A stretch of 64,000 bases of DNA from positions 1 to 64,000 of the forward strand of contig QPGO01000190.1 in the NCBI GenBank assembly GCA_008632985.1, written 5' to 3'. How positions within the stretch are numbered: position 1 is the first letter of the stretch; each line of letters starts with the position of its first letter. Both the position numbers and the translations under genes were made by a program. The notes beneath the pieces are model-generated. The model had not been told where the DNA came from. It was given only the letters and a program-made list of their open reading frames with translations, and made no database searches. Positions 1-12,766 of the stretch are shown one piece after another. This DNA is from Psammoneis japonica (taxonomy: Eukaryota).

Positions 1-2200
1 ACTCTGCAGTGCAACAAATCGACATTGTTAGATGGAAGAAGGAAATGACTCAAGTTTGCAATTGCCTCATCTGTCAAAAGGGAGTTGGTGTTCAGCAAGG
101 AGTTCCTTTTGAAAGAAAAGTCTTTTCATTGTTGTTGGACATGCAACAAGGAAACAGTGGGTTGCAACAGGGGTGAACCATTGTCATGCAAACAATGGAT
201 CATGGCTGAATTGTGTGGTGCTCACCAGCGCAACAAAGAGATGATGAATGCAGCAGAAACACAAAAAAAACATGTGCACAGGCAGTTGAGCCAAAGCTCC
301 TCCAGACAATCAACTCTGACCAAGATGCTGGGCCACAAAACAAAACATTGCAAATGGTCATTCTTGACCATTGAAAAACTTGACTTTCAACCCAAATGAT
401 GGCTTTGGCAATGCCAGATTTGTGGCTGAAAATGAGCCAGTGTCAAAACATTTGTTTGGAACTTAAATTACAGTGAACACCTTGGTTGATCTCAAAGCAC
501 TTGTGACAATGTTTTTTCCATGATTTTTGAAGAATTGTGACACCTGCAGAGAGTGCAATCAAATGTGCAAATGTTTTGTGTTTCTTGGCAACCTTTCTTC
601 TCATCGAGCACAAAAAAACTTCATGTTGCAGATGAAGGAACAGTGCATGTCTTTGCCCAGTCATGCTGGTTGGGGAATGGCATCTGACAACAGCAACAAA
701 TTGCCCCTGATGACAACACAGCACACAACCTGCACAAGAAGAGATGCAAAGACAACAAGAGTGGATGTGTGTGTTGCCAAGTCATGGTTGCAAAATTGTG
801 TCTGACAGTGACAAAGGGCTTTCACAATGACAACATCCATGAGATGGCTGAGATCATCCTCCACACACTGCAAGTGTGTGAGAGCATTGGTGCTTCAGCG
901 CCCAAAAACAACTTGGAGCTGTTGGACTTTTCACATGGAAAAATGAAAGGAAGACTGCGACACAGCTCAACAAGCAGGGGCGGCCATGCCAGATGTGAAG
1001 TGCAGTGCTGGCAAAGCAAGGCAAGTTGGATGAAATGCCAAGGGCTGGAAAGGCACAGAGAGCTGGCAAAGCAGACACAAACAAAGAGGCAAACTGCGCT
1101 TTGCACAAAAAATGACAAAAAGTTTGGATTGCAACAGGAGCACATTCATTTGCCACAGCAAGGACAGCAACAATGAAGACATTGACAAAGAGGAGGCACA
1201 GACACAGGCAAAGGCAGGAGTGCTGCAAAAGACTCAGCAGCATTTTGACATCAACAAAGTGCGCAGTGTGGGTGGAGCAGCAAAAGAAGCACACCCCAAA
1301 AATGGCAAAGACCTGTGCTGTTTGGGTGCGGACTTAAAACTTGGGCCATTCATGCAAAACCAAACCAAACAGCAACCCCTCAATTGCTGCTCTGCTGAAC
1401 CCAAGTCATGATGCAAATTTGCATTCATGACAATGTGGGAAAAACCCATGGAGAGACCCTCATTTTCTGGTGACCCCAGGCTCAAATTGCTCTTGCCTGG
1501 TGTGACAAAATGACTGCCTGTCTCCATTCTTGGCACAAGAAAGATGCACACATGTGTGTGCTGTGTGTGTGTGTGCAGGAGGGGGGGGGGCTGCCTCAAG
1601 CCCTGTGGGTCATGCACTCACCTGCAAGCTGTCAACTGTGCCCAGCTCTCAGATGTTGAAGCGGCTGTGTTTGAGTCTCAAGGGGTTGAGGGCACTGGAG
1701 CAAGGACACTGGGCTGCTGCTTTCTTCTCACACAGCAGCATGGCCTGCATGTGTTTTCCACTGGCTCTCTGTTGTTCCAGAAGGGCGTTTCGTTTTTTGC
1801 AGGCTGGCAGAGGAAAGATGGATGGAGGAGCAAAGGGAGGCACAGGCAAATGGACAAGCTCACAACTTCAACATTTTTGCCAGTGCGTGTTGTGGCAAGA
1901 TTTAGAAAACAAAGAAGCATGTCAACTCAGCTGCACATGCCCAGGCACAATGGACAGAGACTGTGCAGCCCTGCTGATGTTAAAAAAAAACACTCTCTTT
2001 TCAGTTGTTCATTGATGACTCTCAGTGAGCCAGCATTTTGGAAGTGGTGGCTGTCACAAACCTTGACAATGATCACTAAGAAACCTGCCGAAAGGCTGGA
2101 CCGACACGCACTTCGGCGAGACACACTTGGCACAGCAGCACCCAGCCACGCAAGGCCCGGGCTTGGCCGGGAACAAAAAATCAATCAAGCAGAAAAGAGG
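1..2200. other. CpG- and TpA-depleted, TpG/CpA-enriched degenerate block
   Basis: Manual scan finds only about six TA dinucleotides in 1-2040 and few CG; translations lack Tyr and are rich in Cys/His/Gln; composition normalises over ~2050-2350. Confidence 0.9.
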
Positions 2201-3732
2201 TCATGACAACAGACATTATTGCTCCAATCAAAATCCAATGTGACGTGCACAACATTTATGAATGACAATATGAAGTCAGATATTTTGTCTGTCTTAAATA
2301 CAAACAACTTTTACAACGAACGAATGACTTCACAATTCCGCCAGTGTGACAGGCAGTGTGACGTCTGAGACGTTGAAGCAACGTCATTATAGGGCAATAA
2401 TAACTATACATTCATAAGGCTTTGATTAGATGAAGTTGCCAGTCGAATGTTCACTGATCACAAAATGACATCACATTCAACACAACATGTCGTCGATGGC
2501 ATCAATGGCATCACAACATAGGGAGGTGGTGTCGTTCAATCACATAGGTCTCGATCAACCACTCTCTCCTCCGTATACCCAGACAATCGGAACTATCCGC
2601 AGAGTAGAATGGCACCCAATCAAGATTCGCAACGCATGGTTTGCTTGCATGATGAGGCAGACACTGACGTGTATGTGCGAATCATGGAGAGTTGCCGACA
2701 CTTTTACACGCTCAGTAACGATGCATACGAGTACCAAAGTGAGGCCATGGGGCTATCTCCGCGCTTAGATGATGCACTTTTGGCGACTAAAACGGCGAAC
2801 TCGGCAGAGCTCACGGGGGGTCTAAATCACAAAGCAACAGCAGGAACATGTCAACCGTTCTCACAGGTGAGTTTCAATGCCAAACAAAAAAATGAAATGG
2901 ACCACATCCAAGGAACACTCATAGGCACCTTCTTCACTTTCATATGTCAGACAAGCCTCCAGAAGTCTCGCGTTCACGGTGGAGCCAGCGGCAACTCCAG
3001 AGAGCCGAACCAGAGAGGACGCTAATGCGTAATGACTCTTCGCGCGTTCCACTCGTAGCCAGTAAAAAGGCTGAACGGTACACCACGCTAGTCAGTCGAT
3101 TGGAGTAAAACTACCAGCAGTTGAATGCACGACCAGCCTATCCCGATACATAAACCCCTCATAAAAGTTAAAAATAGATGCAATTTTGAAGAGCACGATC
3201 ACTTTTCGGGCAGGAGCATCGTCAGTCTCACGCTTGCCCTCACACCTTTTTCCGTCACGTTTCTCGTTATTTGAAGGTACTATCGAAACCGGAAGAAGGG
3301 ATCTCGTTTGGTGGATTGGCGGAGTGGCCGCCAGCCGGGAAGTTCAAAGTCCACAAGCACAGCACAACCACGGATTTCCGTTCCCGATTTCCCGCGTACA
3401 GTAGCGTCTGCCCTTTGCATGCGCGTGCATCAATCTTCAATCTGCCAATCTGCTGCCATCTTTATTTCCTCGCTGCGCCTGCTAGCTCTTGCATCCATCA
3501 GTTCTGCATTCGAACTCCATCATCAGCTTCGACTAGACTATTTGCTCGACCTTGGATCTTGCTGCGTGGGGGCTTGTGGACCAACGATCATTGCGTTCGC
3601 CTTCTTGGTATTTACCTCAATACTAGTATCACCGCTATTTTGTCGCCGAAATCATTTCTTACTGATACGCTCAGGATGTTGTTCTGCATTATTTGGAAGC
3701 CTCGTCATTTCGCTACCACGTTTGTTGTAGTC

Positions 3733-5681
3733 ATGATCTTGGCGGCAGCACATCGAATTCCAGCGTTTGGGTTGATAGTTACAACATTGCAGCCATGTTG
3801 TTACGCTTGGAAGAACAAATTTTCAGCAAGTAAGATATTTGAGGCGTGGGATAAAGGGAGATTATGCTCTGCACAGTCGTCAGCTACGCAGCTCTGGTCG
3901 ACTCCAAGGCCGTCGGAGCAAGTACTCAGCTCCAAATCGAAAAAGAACGCGAGGTTCGTCGCCGTGTCGGCACTCTTCAAGAACAAAAAGGGCGGGTCTG
4001 ATTTTTCACTGCAACGCTTGGAATCGGATCCCAACTTTATTGGGCTCGTGGACCAGCGTGATCGATCTTTTGCGAGACTGCTCGTCACAACAGTGGAGAG
4101 ACGGATGGGACAAATCGACAAGGTTCTCTCGCACTGCGCAAAAACATACCCTCCCAAAAGAGTGAGTTGTCGTCTCAACGTGTACGACAAGGCTGTCAAC
4201 ATTAGACAAGCTCACAGTCTCGGACTTCACGACTGCTTTTCATTTGTACTGATTCATAGGGACGACAGGACGCCCTTGTTCAGGCGTGTCTCCGAATTGG
4301 AGCAGCTCAGCTACTTTTCCTTGATGTTCCACACCATGCAGCACTCAAAGAAACAATCGACGTTCTTAGAATGGACTCGAAATTGAGAATGCCGTGAGTT
4401 CCAAGTCGATAGAGTTGAAAGTATGACTGCCCTTCTTGCCTGTTGCAGTTCTCGGACGTGTATTATTTTTGCGTCTCCTGATACCTCAAGCTTGCTTCCG
4501 TCATGGTTTACAACAGAGAGCCAAAAATAAAGTTCGCCAATGCTGTGCTTCGAAGAATAACTCGGGAGGGATCAGACTTGCTAGAGAAGTATACTAGCCC
4601 CGAAGACAATATTTCACCTTGGCTATTGACAGAGTGGCGAAATGCTTGGGGAGAAGACAACACCGTGGCGATTGCTGCACAAATGATGAAGGAACCGCAC
4701 GTCGACCTTTCCATAAAGCGTTCACTACCAGGAGGAGAACTGGATGAGAAGTTGGCAAAAAGGATACAGTACGAGTTCGGCGATGATGCTACGCTATTAC
4801 CTCACGGCACGTTACGTGTCGGTGCAAGCATGACTGGAGTAATATCAAAGTGGCCGCTTTACGATGAGGGGTTATGGTGGGTCCAGGTGCGTTAAACGTT
4901 CATCTCAACAGATCTTCTTGAACAGATTCTATTAGATTTCATTCTCACATGGTCGCCATGTCAATCAATTACACGGCATCAGGATGCATCGGCCGCCATC
5001 CCGGCGTTGGCGTTATACAATGCCTTGGCCGCGAACGGCACTGACAGCATTTCAAATATGAATGTGGTGGACTGTTGTGCTGCTCCCGGCGGAAAAACTG
5101 CACAATTAGTGTCGATGGGGTTTCACCATGTAACTGCAATTGAATCTAGCCCAAGACGTAGCCGTCGACTGGTGGAAAATCTGGATCGATTACACATGAA
5201 CTCGGACGGGAGATGCACAGTGTGCGTTGCCGATGCGGGGGAGTGGGAGAATGACAAACGAGAGAAAGTCAGCGGAATCCTGCTCGATGTCCCATGTAGC
5301 GCAACTGGAACTGGAATGAGGCGACCCGATGTTTTGCGCAGGAACCAAGATATGGGAAACCTCCTGGAAATGCAAGAGCGTCTAGCAAGTCACGTGGCAG
5401 ACAATATCGACCAGGGCTGCATTATGATATATGCTACCTGCTCTCTTTTACCAAGTGAGAGCGAGGAACAAGTTAAGAATCTTCTGTCTAGACGTCCTGA
5501 ACACGGCGTTGCCACTATGGAAACAATTCCCTTTGTTTCTGGAGAAATGCCCGGCTTTGAAAAATGTATTGACGATAATGGTTGGTTACGGGTGCTTCCT
5601 GGGGTACTACCGGGGAGCTTGAAGAGTTGCGATGGCTTCTTTGTAGCTAGACTCCGAAGGACAAACGCCTTGCCAGTATGA
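3733..5681 (+). CDS. rsmB: RsmB/NOL1/NOP2/Sun-family RNA m5C methyltransferase with NusB-like N-terminal domain; exons 3733-4161, 4260-4392, 4517-4886, 4983-5681
   Basis: Spliced frame gives LRIGAAQLLFLDVPHHAA (NusB-like), WWVQ/DAS across an intron, DCCAAPGGKT, LLDVPCSATG, YATCS, DGFFVARL; GT-AG introns keep frame. Confidence 0.9.
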
Positions 5682-5863
5682 TAGCACTTCCTTCGCCTGG
5701 TATGGCTCATTCTACTTGTGAGGGTACGATACCGTCGCAGGGTAGTTCTTCTTTGTAGCTACTAGACTCCGAAGGACAAACGCCTTGCCAGTATGATAGC
5801 ACTCCCTTCGCCAGGTATGGCGCATTCTACTTGTGAGGGTACGATGCCGTCGCAGGGTAGCTC
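5637..5863 (+). repeat. Tandem duplication (~112 bp x2) of the last codons and 3' flank of the RsmB-like gene
   Basis: tctttgtagct..agactccgaaggacaaacgccttgccagtatgatagcac...gtcgcagggtag occurs twice back to back with a few substitutions. Confidence 0.95.
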
Positions 5864-6112
5864 TCCCGTTGAATATGGACAAAGCACCTGCGTTTCAGCC
5901 TCCATTAACGAGTACGACAGCGAGACTGTTGCATAAATCACATCGAAAACCGGGATGTGCAACTTAGGCTGCCTGCAAACTCAGCGACTTGCACCAGCTC
6001 GATGCAAGAGACCAATATTTACAAGAGGAACCACACTCTAACTCGTCTAGCACAGTCAAAAGCAAGTAGGATGTTTGTCATAGAATGGGTCCGACCCTAC
6101 GATGCACAACAT

Positions 6113-6247
6113 CTACTCTAGTAGTGCCCTCTAGTAGCTAGTTGGTTGAAGAGCAAAACGCGACAGACAGTGGACGGAAGATAGGCCCTCTACTCTAGAG
6201 AGCCTCTAGAGTAGAGACTACCTAGAGCTACTCTCTACTAGTAGTAG
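6113..6247. repeat. Low-complexity CTAG/TAG/CTA-rich tract
   Basis: ctactctagtag, ctctagtagctag, ctctagagagcctctagagtagagactacctagagctactctctactagtagtag. Confidence 0.75.
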
Positions 6248-6303
6248 GAAGTGACAACAGCTCAGAATCGAGAACAGCATCTGATCGACTCTCCGGTCGA
6301 GTG

Positions 6304-6657
6304 ATGGGGAGTGTCAACGACGATGTCATCTCCGCGGCAGCGTCCGTGAGGCAAAATTGCATACTCTTGGGTATAAAGTCAGTAGGAGTGGACTATGGGC
6401 TTTCAAGAACTGGAGTAGCTGTAACAGTGGGATATGAACCAAAACCAATAGCGATATTGGCGGACAAAAATTCAACCACGGTTGCTCAGAAAGTTGTCGA
6501 CTACAGCGTGTCGGAACAAGCGAAGCAGATCACAATTGGTCTGCCACTTCATAAAAATGGTACCGAAGCCCCTCAATCGCTTGTGACGCGAGAGTTCGCA
6601 TCAACTGTTGCTTGCTTAGCAATGGCGAGACTAGGACCTGATGTGCCACTCTATCTG
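6304..6657 (+). pseudogene. Truncated YqgF/RuvX-like (RNase H fold) nuclease fragment
   Basis: SVGVDYGLSRTGVAV and ITIGLPLHKNGTE match YqgF motifs; similarity stops at PLYL just before the expected DER motif, with no splice donor there. Confidence 0.7.
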
Positions 6658-7555
6658 CAATTCTCTATTCCCCTACATAAAGGACTAATCATCCTGGAGT
6701 CTTGCGGGGGGATCGTAGGAGAGGACGACGGTGCCTGGGTATGGGAACTTCACGGATTCTCATCGCCGAGCTTATCATCCGCTGTGCTACAGTAAACGGA
6801 CAGTAAGGAAGCAAACCAGGACAAAAGTTACCAGCTCTCCCAAAGGGAATGTATCGAAATGTGATGGTGTTTGGCATAGGAGAGGACGGTCGAAATGCGC
6901 CCCGAGAAGGTAGAGTACACACGCGAAAAGTCCAGGCTATTGTATTGCCGCCACTGTTACAGCAACCGAATTAGATCCGAGATTTAGTTCCAACAATGGT
7001 AAACATTTGTCTCGTTTCTACTTTTGTAACGCGTTAGGGCTGCTCTAGCAGAATGTCTCGTACCGTGACCTATAACATGCCGACCAAATCGGATTTCGCA
7101 CAATTATATTTCCAGTAGATACCTTTTCAAGCTACAAGTCAACTAATGGTGTGCACCAGATACACAAGGCAGTACCCGTTAACCAATGTTGGTGAATACA
7201 AATAAAAGGGCAAGCGACGTCGGTTCTAGCTAGAGGAGCCTTAGCAAAAGAAAGAATGGTGATTTTGATGTTGAGTAGGATTGCTCTATATTATATTTCC
7301 TTTCTTTGTTCTAAATTGCTGGATAGAGTAGAATTCTTCTTTTGATTACCAGTACTTCCCAACAACGATACAAATCGCATATTGAACTCTATGATCCGAT
7401 GAGTTGGTCACAACCGACTGATTCTTTTCAGTTGCTTCACCAAAATGGATCACGGTATCAGAGATACCTCTTCTTAAGAAGTAGAATTCTTCCGCAGATT
7501 CGTCACGTTGCTACGAGTCGGTAAACCAGAAACTCAGAAACTCCATTCAATCCCA

Positions 7556-8254
7556 TTAAGTTGCAATCCTTCCCTCGAGAACCCCTCTTGAAAATGTAAT
7601 GATGCCATAACACAAATAGACTCTGCCGCAGGATGAATATTGACTGACCCCTGTTTGTCCTTTTCGACGATTAGCCCAGACCCTTTCCTTGCGCTTGGCG
7701 GCTTGCACCTCTTGACGCATGCGGTGTAGAAGCGGAACATCTTCGTCCGGTCGACGTCGGCGGAGGCGGAGCTTCTTCTGAGCAGCGGGCTTTTCGCTTG
7801 TGCCAAAGCGACGTTCGTTGATGATTTTTTGACGTGCCAATGCTTGTATCTTTCGACGGTCAAAGGGTGAATCACGTTCCTTGTCCTTCGAACGTTTTTT
7901 AGTCTTGCGGACTTTGCGAATGGAGCGTTTGTAAGTGGTCATGGCGGTTTTGGGCACTTTCGTTTCACGAGAAGAGTCGTCAAGATCGTCAGAATAGCTG
8001 GCAGTGCTCGATCGCTTCCTCTTTTTATTGTTCGACCGCTCGGCATGAATCTGGATAGGAATCGTCTTGGATGGCTTGGTCTCAGGGACTTGGAAAGTCG
8101 CGACGCACGTCTTGTCGACGTTCGAAAGTTGAACGGCTTGCTTCAACGCGATGAAGACGGCAAAGGCAAAGAGCGCATGTTCGATGGGGAATGGAATAGC
8201 GCCGCCGAAGATGGTAGAGAGCGTCATGGTGAAGAGAAGAAGAGAGGTCTGCAT
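7556..8254 (-). CDS. Hypothetical protein with hydrophobic N-terminus and long Lys/Arg-rich region (3' end may be spliced)
   Basis: 232-codon ORF with protein-like composition; no recognised family. Confidence 0.5.
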   Translation of the reverse strand: MQTSLLLFTMTLSTIFGGAIPFPIEHALFAFAVFIALKQAVQLSNVDKTCVATFQVPETKPSKTIPIQIHAERSNNKKRKRSSTASYSDDLDDSSRETKVPKTAMTTYKRSIRKVRKTKKRSKDKERDSPFDRRKIQALARQKIINERRFGTSEKPAAQKKLRLRRRRPDEDVPLLHRMRQEVQAAKRKERVWANRRKGQTGVSQYSSCGRVYLCYGIITFSRGVLEGRIAT

Positions 8255-8806
8255 GATGATTGATAGTAGTAAGACGTAAGTCGATGCTTGATCAAGTGGT
8301 CAACTTCTGAATTGTGAGAGGTTCAGCGTGAAGCGTGATTGCGGTTTCGACGGCTTGCTCGGATGGGATTGCTTCGACATACTAGACTTTACGTACATTC
8401 TACGGACGAACGATGTATCGTCAAAACCATCCTTCAATCACACGAATCAAAAGCGGGCGGGCAGGTTTTGTGCACAAAATGTGATAGTAAAATGATCATA
8501 CCATACCCAACGCTGCTTGATGCGTGAAAGGCCAACAAATAAACACTCATCACTTAAGATAAGATAGATCGCGATCGATCGCTGAGAAGCACAAGGAACA
8601 AAAACTGATTTCAACTTTTTGCGAGCTATGACCTTTCATGATGACCAGACTTCGTGCAGCGAGGTCACATCCGAACATACATGTCACATTCTGGTCACAT
8701 TTTTGACGGAAACAAGTTGTTGTTGTTGGCTGTTGGCTCTTACCTCTTTCCTTATCCGTTTTATCAGGCGGAGGTCAATGTCTCGCTTTTCACAGAGGTG
8801 TAAGCG

Positions 8807-10063
8807 ATGAAGACATCTAGACTGCTAATTGCCTTCATTCTCCTACCTTTGCTCCTATGGACGATATGTTACCATTTCTTTGTTGTGTCGCGATTGCAAA
8901 GTCATCCAAAATTAAACTCAATCAGCGACTCCAACCCTCTTGATGGTGGGCTTCCAGCTGACATGCCGTTATTCATCCTGCACGTTGGCCCCCCCAAAAC
9001 AGGAACTTCTACAATTCAAGGATTCGCGGCTACTCACGATGAGATACTTCGAAAGGATAACATGTATTACCTCGGCCACTACGGAAAGAAAGCGGAGTTG
9101 AATATGCACGAGTTCTCAAACTTGTGTAGAAAGTGCGAAACAGCTAATCGAAAAGACTGCGAATGCACAAAGAAATGGGCTGAATTTGAACAACTTGTGA
9201 ATTCGCATCACTCTCAGCGTCATAACGTGATGGTTTCAGACGAAACTTTCTACAGATACAAAAATCAGAAGGATGAGAATGAGTTTCTCTGGGATCATTT
9301 GGTCCCACTGCTGAAAAACTGGCGAGTTCGAATTGTTTTTACTTACAGAAGGTACTGGGAGTGGGTACCGTCAACTTACCACCAGTCTTACAATCCTGCT
9401 GGAAAGAAAAGGAAGGAGACCAGAGAGACCTGGCCGGATACTGGCGGTCTTGTAATCCCAGATTTCCCCATGTTTATGGAAAAGTTCATTGTCGCGGATC
9501 CAAAGCAGCCAGTGGCCTTAAAGAAGAAATGGGACGATCACTTTTCCAATATATGGGTGTTCAATATGCACAGCGACGGTCCATTCCTGAGAAACTTCTT
9601 CTGTCGTATGGTTCCCGAGGCACCCACGCTTTGCTCGCAGCTCCGATCGCAGCCCGAAGAAATTACTAAGAATCCATCATCATCAAAAATACTACATCAC
9701 GACATGTTGGCAGTCAAAGCCTACAAACGTGGCTTGATAAAGGCAGGCCTAACTCGAACAACGGTGAACAAGGCTGTTCGGAAACACGCTGCCGCAAGTG
9801 GCTTGTTAGCGTCATCAGATTTTCCTCAAAAATGTCTGTCGAAGACACAAGCTGAGATGTTCTTGAAGAAATCCCTAGAAATGGAAAAGAAAATGGTTCC
9901 AAAATTCTATATAACAACGGAAGGAGAAGCGGATTTGCGAGTTAAATTCGCGGAAGCAAACAAGAATGGAAAGTTCTGTTCAGTTGACGTGGACAAGGTC
10001 TTGGAGGACAAGAAATGGCAATCATTTTTCAGAGACCTAGGATCCAACATTGCGGAGAAGTAA
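8807..10063 (+). CDS. Type II membrane P-loop/sulfotransferase-like protein
   Basis: 418 aa intronless ORF; N-terminal TM anchor; LFILHVGPPKTGTSTIQ, VSDETF and IVFTYRRYWEWVPSTY motifs. Confidence 0.85.
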   Translation: MKTSRLLIAFILLPLLLWTICYHFFVVSRLQSHPKLNSISDSNPLDGGLPADMPLFILHVGPPKTGTSTIQGFAATHDEILRKDNMYYLGHYGKKAELNMHEFSNLCRKCETANRKDCECTKKWAEFEQLVNSHHSQRHNVMVSDETFYRYKNQKDENEFLWDHLVPLLKNWRVRIVFTYRRYWEWVPSTYHQSYNPAGKKRKETRETWPDTGGLVIPDFPMFMEKFIVADPKQPVALKKKWDDHFSNIWVFNMHSDGPFLRNFFCRMVPEAPTLCSQLRSQPEEITKNPSSSKILHHDMLAVKAYKRGLIKAGLTRTTVNKAVRKHAAASGLLASSDFPQKCLSKTQAEMFLKKSLEMEKKMVPKFYITTEGEADLRVKFAEANKNGKFCSVDVDKVLEDKKWQSFFRDLGSNIAEK

Positions 10064-10319
10064 AAGCAACTATAGAACAACTTAACTAGATTAGCAAGTC
10101 AGAACCACGAGTACTTACGGTAGCCGTGATGCAGAGAAAAAGTGAGTGGATAAGGTCACGCGCCGGCATAGCAATGACCGATGCATGACCTTTCGGTTCT
10201 CGATGACCCGAGACATTTTGATTTTTCCCGCCTCTTTTTCTGGATTTCTCAGTCACTCAAAGCGTCAACAACAACAAACCGGACACCATCAACATCGTCC
10301 GCTGTACTGATGAGAGAAA

Positions 10320-12622
10320 ATGCTACGTTATCTGTTAATTGCGAGTGTCATCATTGGAGCCCAACTGCTTGTTGTACTCAATGATGATGTTCGCAAACGG
10401 CTCCACATTATTGCAATGGGCCATTCTCCCTTTGTGAAGAGGCAAGCCGATTCACCCATCTCGTCACTCCAACGCAGCGAAGTCAACCACGACGCTCCAC
10501 TGTTCGTGCTACATATTGGGCCTCCAAAAACAGGAACGTCCTCCATTCAAGGATATGCAAACCAATACGAAGACTTGTTGAAGGAAGATAACATCTATTT
10601 TCTCGGTCACAACAGCAAGCGCAACGAGACGAGGCTTCATGAACTCTCAAAGTTCTGTCGAAAATGTGACACGGTGCATCTGTGTTCCCAATGCCCAGAA
10701 AAGTGGAAAACTTTTGAAGAGATTGTTGATCAACATTTCAGGCTGAATCACACAGCGTTTGTTTCTGATGAAACGTTCAACCGCTTCTTCAATGATGGAG
10801 AACAGTATGAACGAGACCAGCTATGGAATCGACTAGAGCCAATACTTTCACGGTGGCGTGTGCGTGTGATTTTTACGTACAGAAGGTACTCGGATTGGTT
10901 GCCTAGCACATATCATGAATTCTACAACCCAAACAATAAGGCGCAAAAGGATAAATGGCCGGATGAAGGCGGTGCAGGAGTCATACCTACCTTTCCCGTC
11001 TTCTTGGACCGCTGGATTCTCAGCAACAGCGAGAACACTCGTGGAAAGCAGCCATTGACAATCAAGCAGAAGTGGCAAGAACACTTCCCGAATGTTCTGG
11101 TTTTGAATATGCACCACGGTAAAGGCCTACTTGAAGAGTTTTACTGTCGTATGTTGCCCGAGGCGACTCGACTATGTGACCATATTAATTCTGGCGCCGA
11201 ATCATTGATGAAGAATCCATCTTCTTCGAAGCTTGTGCATTACGACATGATTGCTGTGGCTGCGTACCAAAAGGGTTGGATCGGCAAACAGTTTGCAAGG
11301 GACGACGTAGCTGAAGCTGTCAGACAAAAGTCTCTGGAGCTTGGCTTGCTGGAGGAAAGAGACTTCCCACTAGCATGCCCGACAGAGGAGCAGCAGCGTC
11401 TTTTTCTCAACGCGTCTTTGAATCTTGAAGTTGAAGTACTATCAGAGCCTCCCGCAAATAAAGACGAGGTAAAGGAGCAATTTCTAGAAGCATTAGATGC
11501 TGGAAAATTCTGCTCGGTGGACACTGAGTCGTTGCTTAAGAATGAAATATGGCAGGATTTCTTCGAAAAGCTCGATCCATCTTCCATGCAAACCAAAATT
11601 GCTACCCCTTCTCCAGCTTTGAAGAATCCTGATAAAGTCATTGCATCTCTGGAAGTGAAGGAGATCAAGAGCGCGGCTGTCGGGGATGGATCAGCATCCA
11701 GCATGACATCGTCGTCCCAGCGTCGGCCGTCGTCCATGCTATGTCTGTATACTGGCGATGAAGGTAGCACCGTTCTGTCAGAAGCATTGCGGTTACATCC
11801 GCAAGTATACAGTCCTAGCTGGGCTGTTGAACCAGCCAACGCACGCTACTGGAGAAAGGAACCATTTACTTTGAAGTCACAGATTGAGGCAATCCGCTTT
11901 TTGTTGCGACTGCCCAGCAGCATCACCGTATATCAACACCGAAGGAAGCCCTTATCCCTGGAAGAATACAAAGAGAAAGTTGGTAATGCTAGGGCAACGT
12001 ACATAAAGGTTGCTGTTTGCAAAAAGCTAAAACACGACGAGTGGAAGGCTTGCATGGACGAAATCGTTTCCAATCTTCTCTGTGGCAACAAAGGAGAGAT
12101 TGTCGAGCACTTGATACTCCCCGTCCGCTACGGTTTTGACCGCGCATGCAGTGTGTTCGTTCATCGAGATAAGCAACTCTACAAGGCAAACTCACAATTT
12201 AGTTCTAATTCGACAAAGGGGAATGATGGTGCGACATCGGAACTGTCAGAGCAGGATGCGACCGTGTTGCGAAAAGCTCAGAGCTCTACGTCAAAAACTT
12301 CATCACGACGGTCAATCTGACTCGAACGACTTGTCCAGAGCAGGAAAATCGACCCCAAGTTCATATTTTTGATTACGACCATGCAAAAGAGATCGGAATT
12401 GAAACCGCCTTGGAGCAACTGCTTGGTGACCTTGGACTTAGAACAAAGGCGGGAGACTTGAACCTGGGCAGGTTCAGCACGCGAAAGCCAGGCGACTATT
12501 GTAACACTATGTTCGACAAGAAGTCAAAACGGACTATGAAGGGTCAAGAGACCATGTACAATGTGTGGCTGAGTGGCACATGTGAGATGGGTGGGGATCT
12601 GCCGTGGTGCAAGAAGAAGTAA
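10320..12622 (+). CDS. Paralogous sulfotransferase-like protein with a second C-terminal domain; probable frameshift near 12225
   Basis: LFVLHIGPPKTGTSSIQ, VIFTYRRYSDWLPSTY, KFCSVD align with the upstream paralogue; second domain starts LCLYTGDEGSTVLSEALRLHPQV; another frame is open 12227-12622 and reads as protein (HIFDYDHAKEIGIETALEQLLGDLGL). Confidence 0.8.
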
Positions 12623-12766
12623 CGCGGCTATCTCCATCAACGAGAGTCTTGCGCGTACAGTACTACAATTATTTGTACTCTGATCTTATGCGGGGTATCA
12701 CGAAGAATTGGTTGGCCTTCTTTGAGGAGTGCAGCTGCTTTGATCGATCTTCGGTAAAACGCATAG

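Noticed and set aside
1..2200. Classical fungal RIP
   Set aside because: RIP raises TpA and AT content; here TpA is nearly absent
2487..3025. Short overlapping ORFs
   Set aside because: No motifs or splice support
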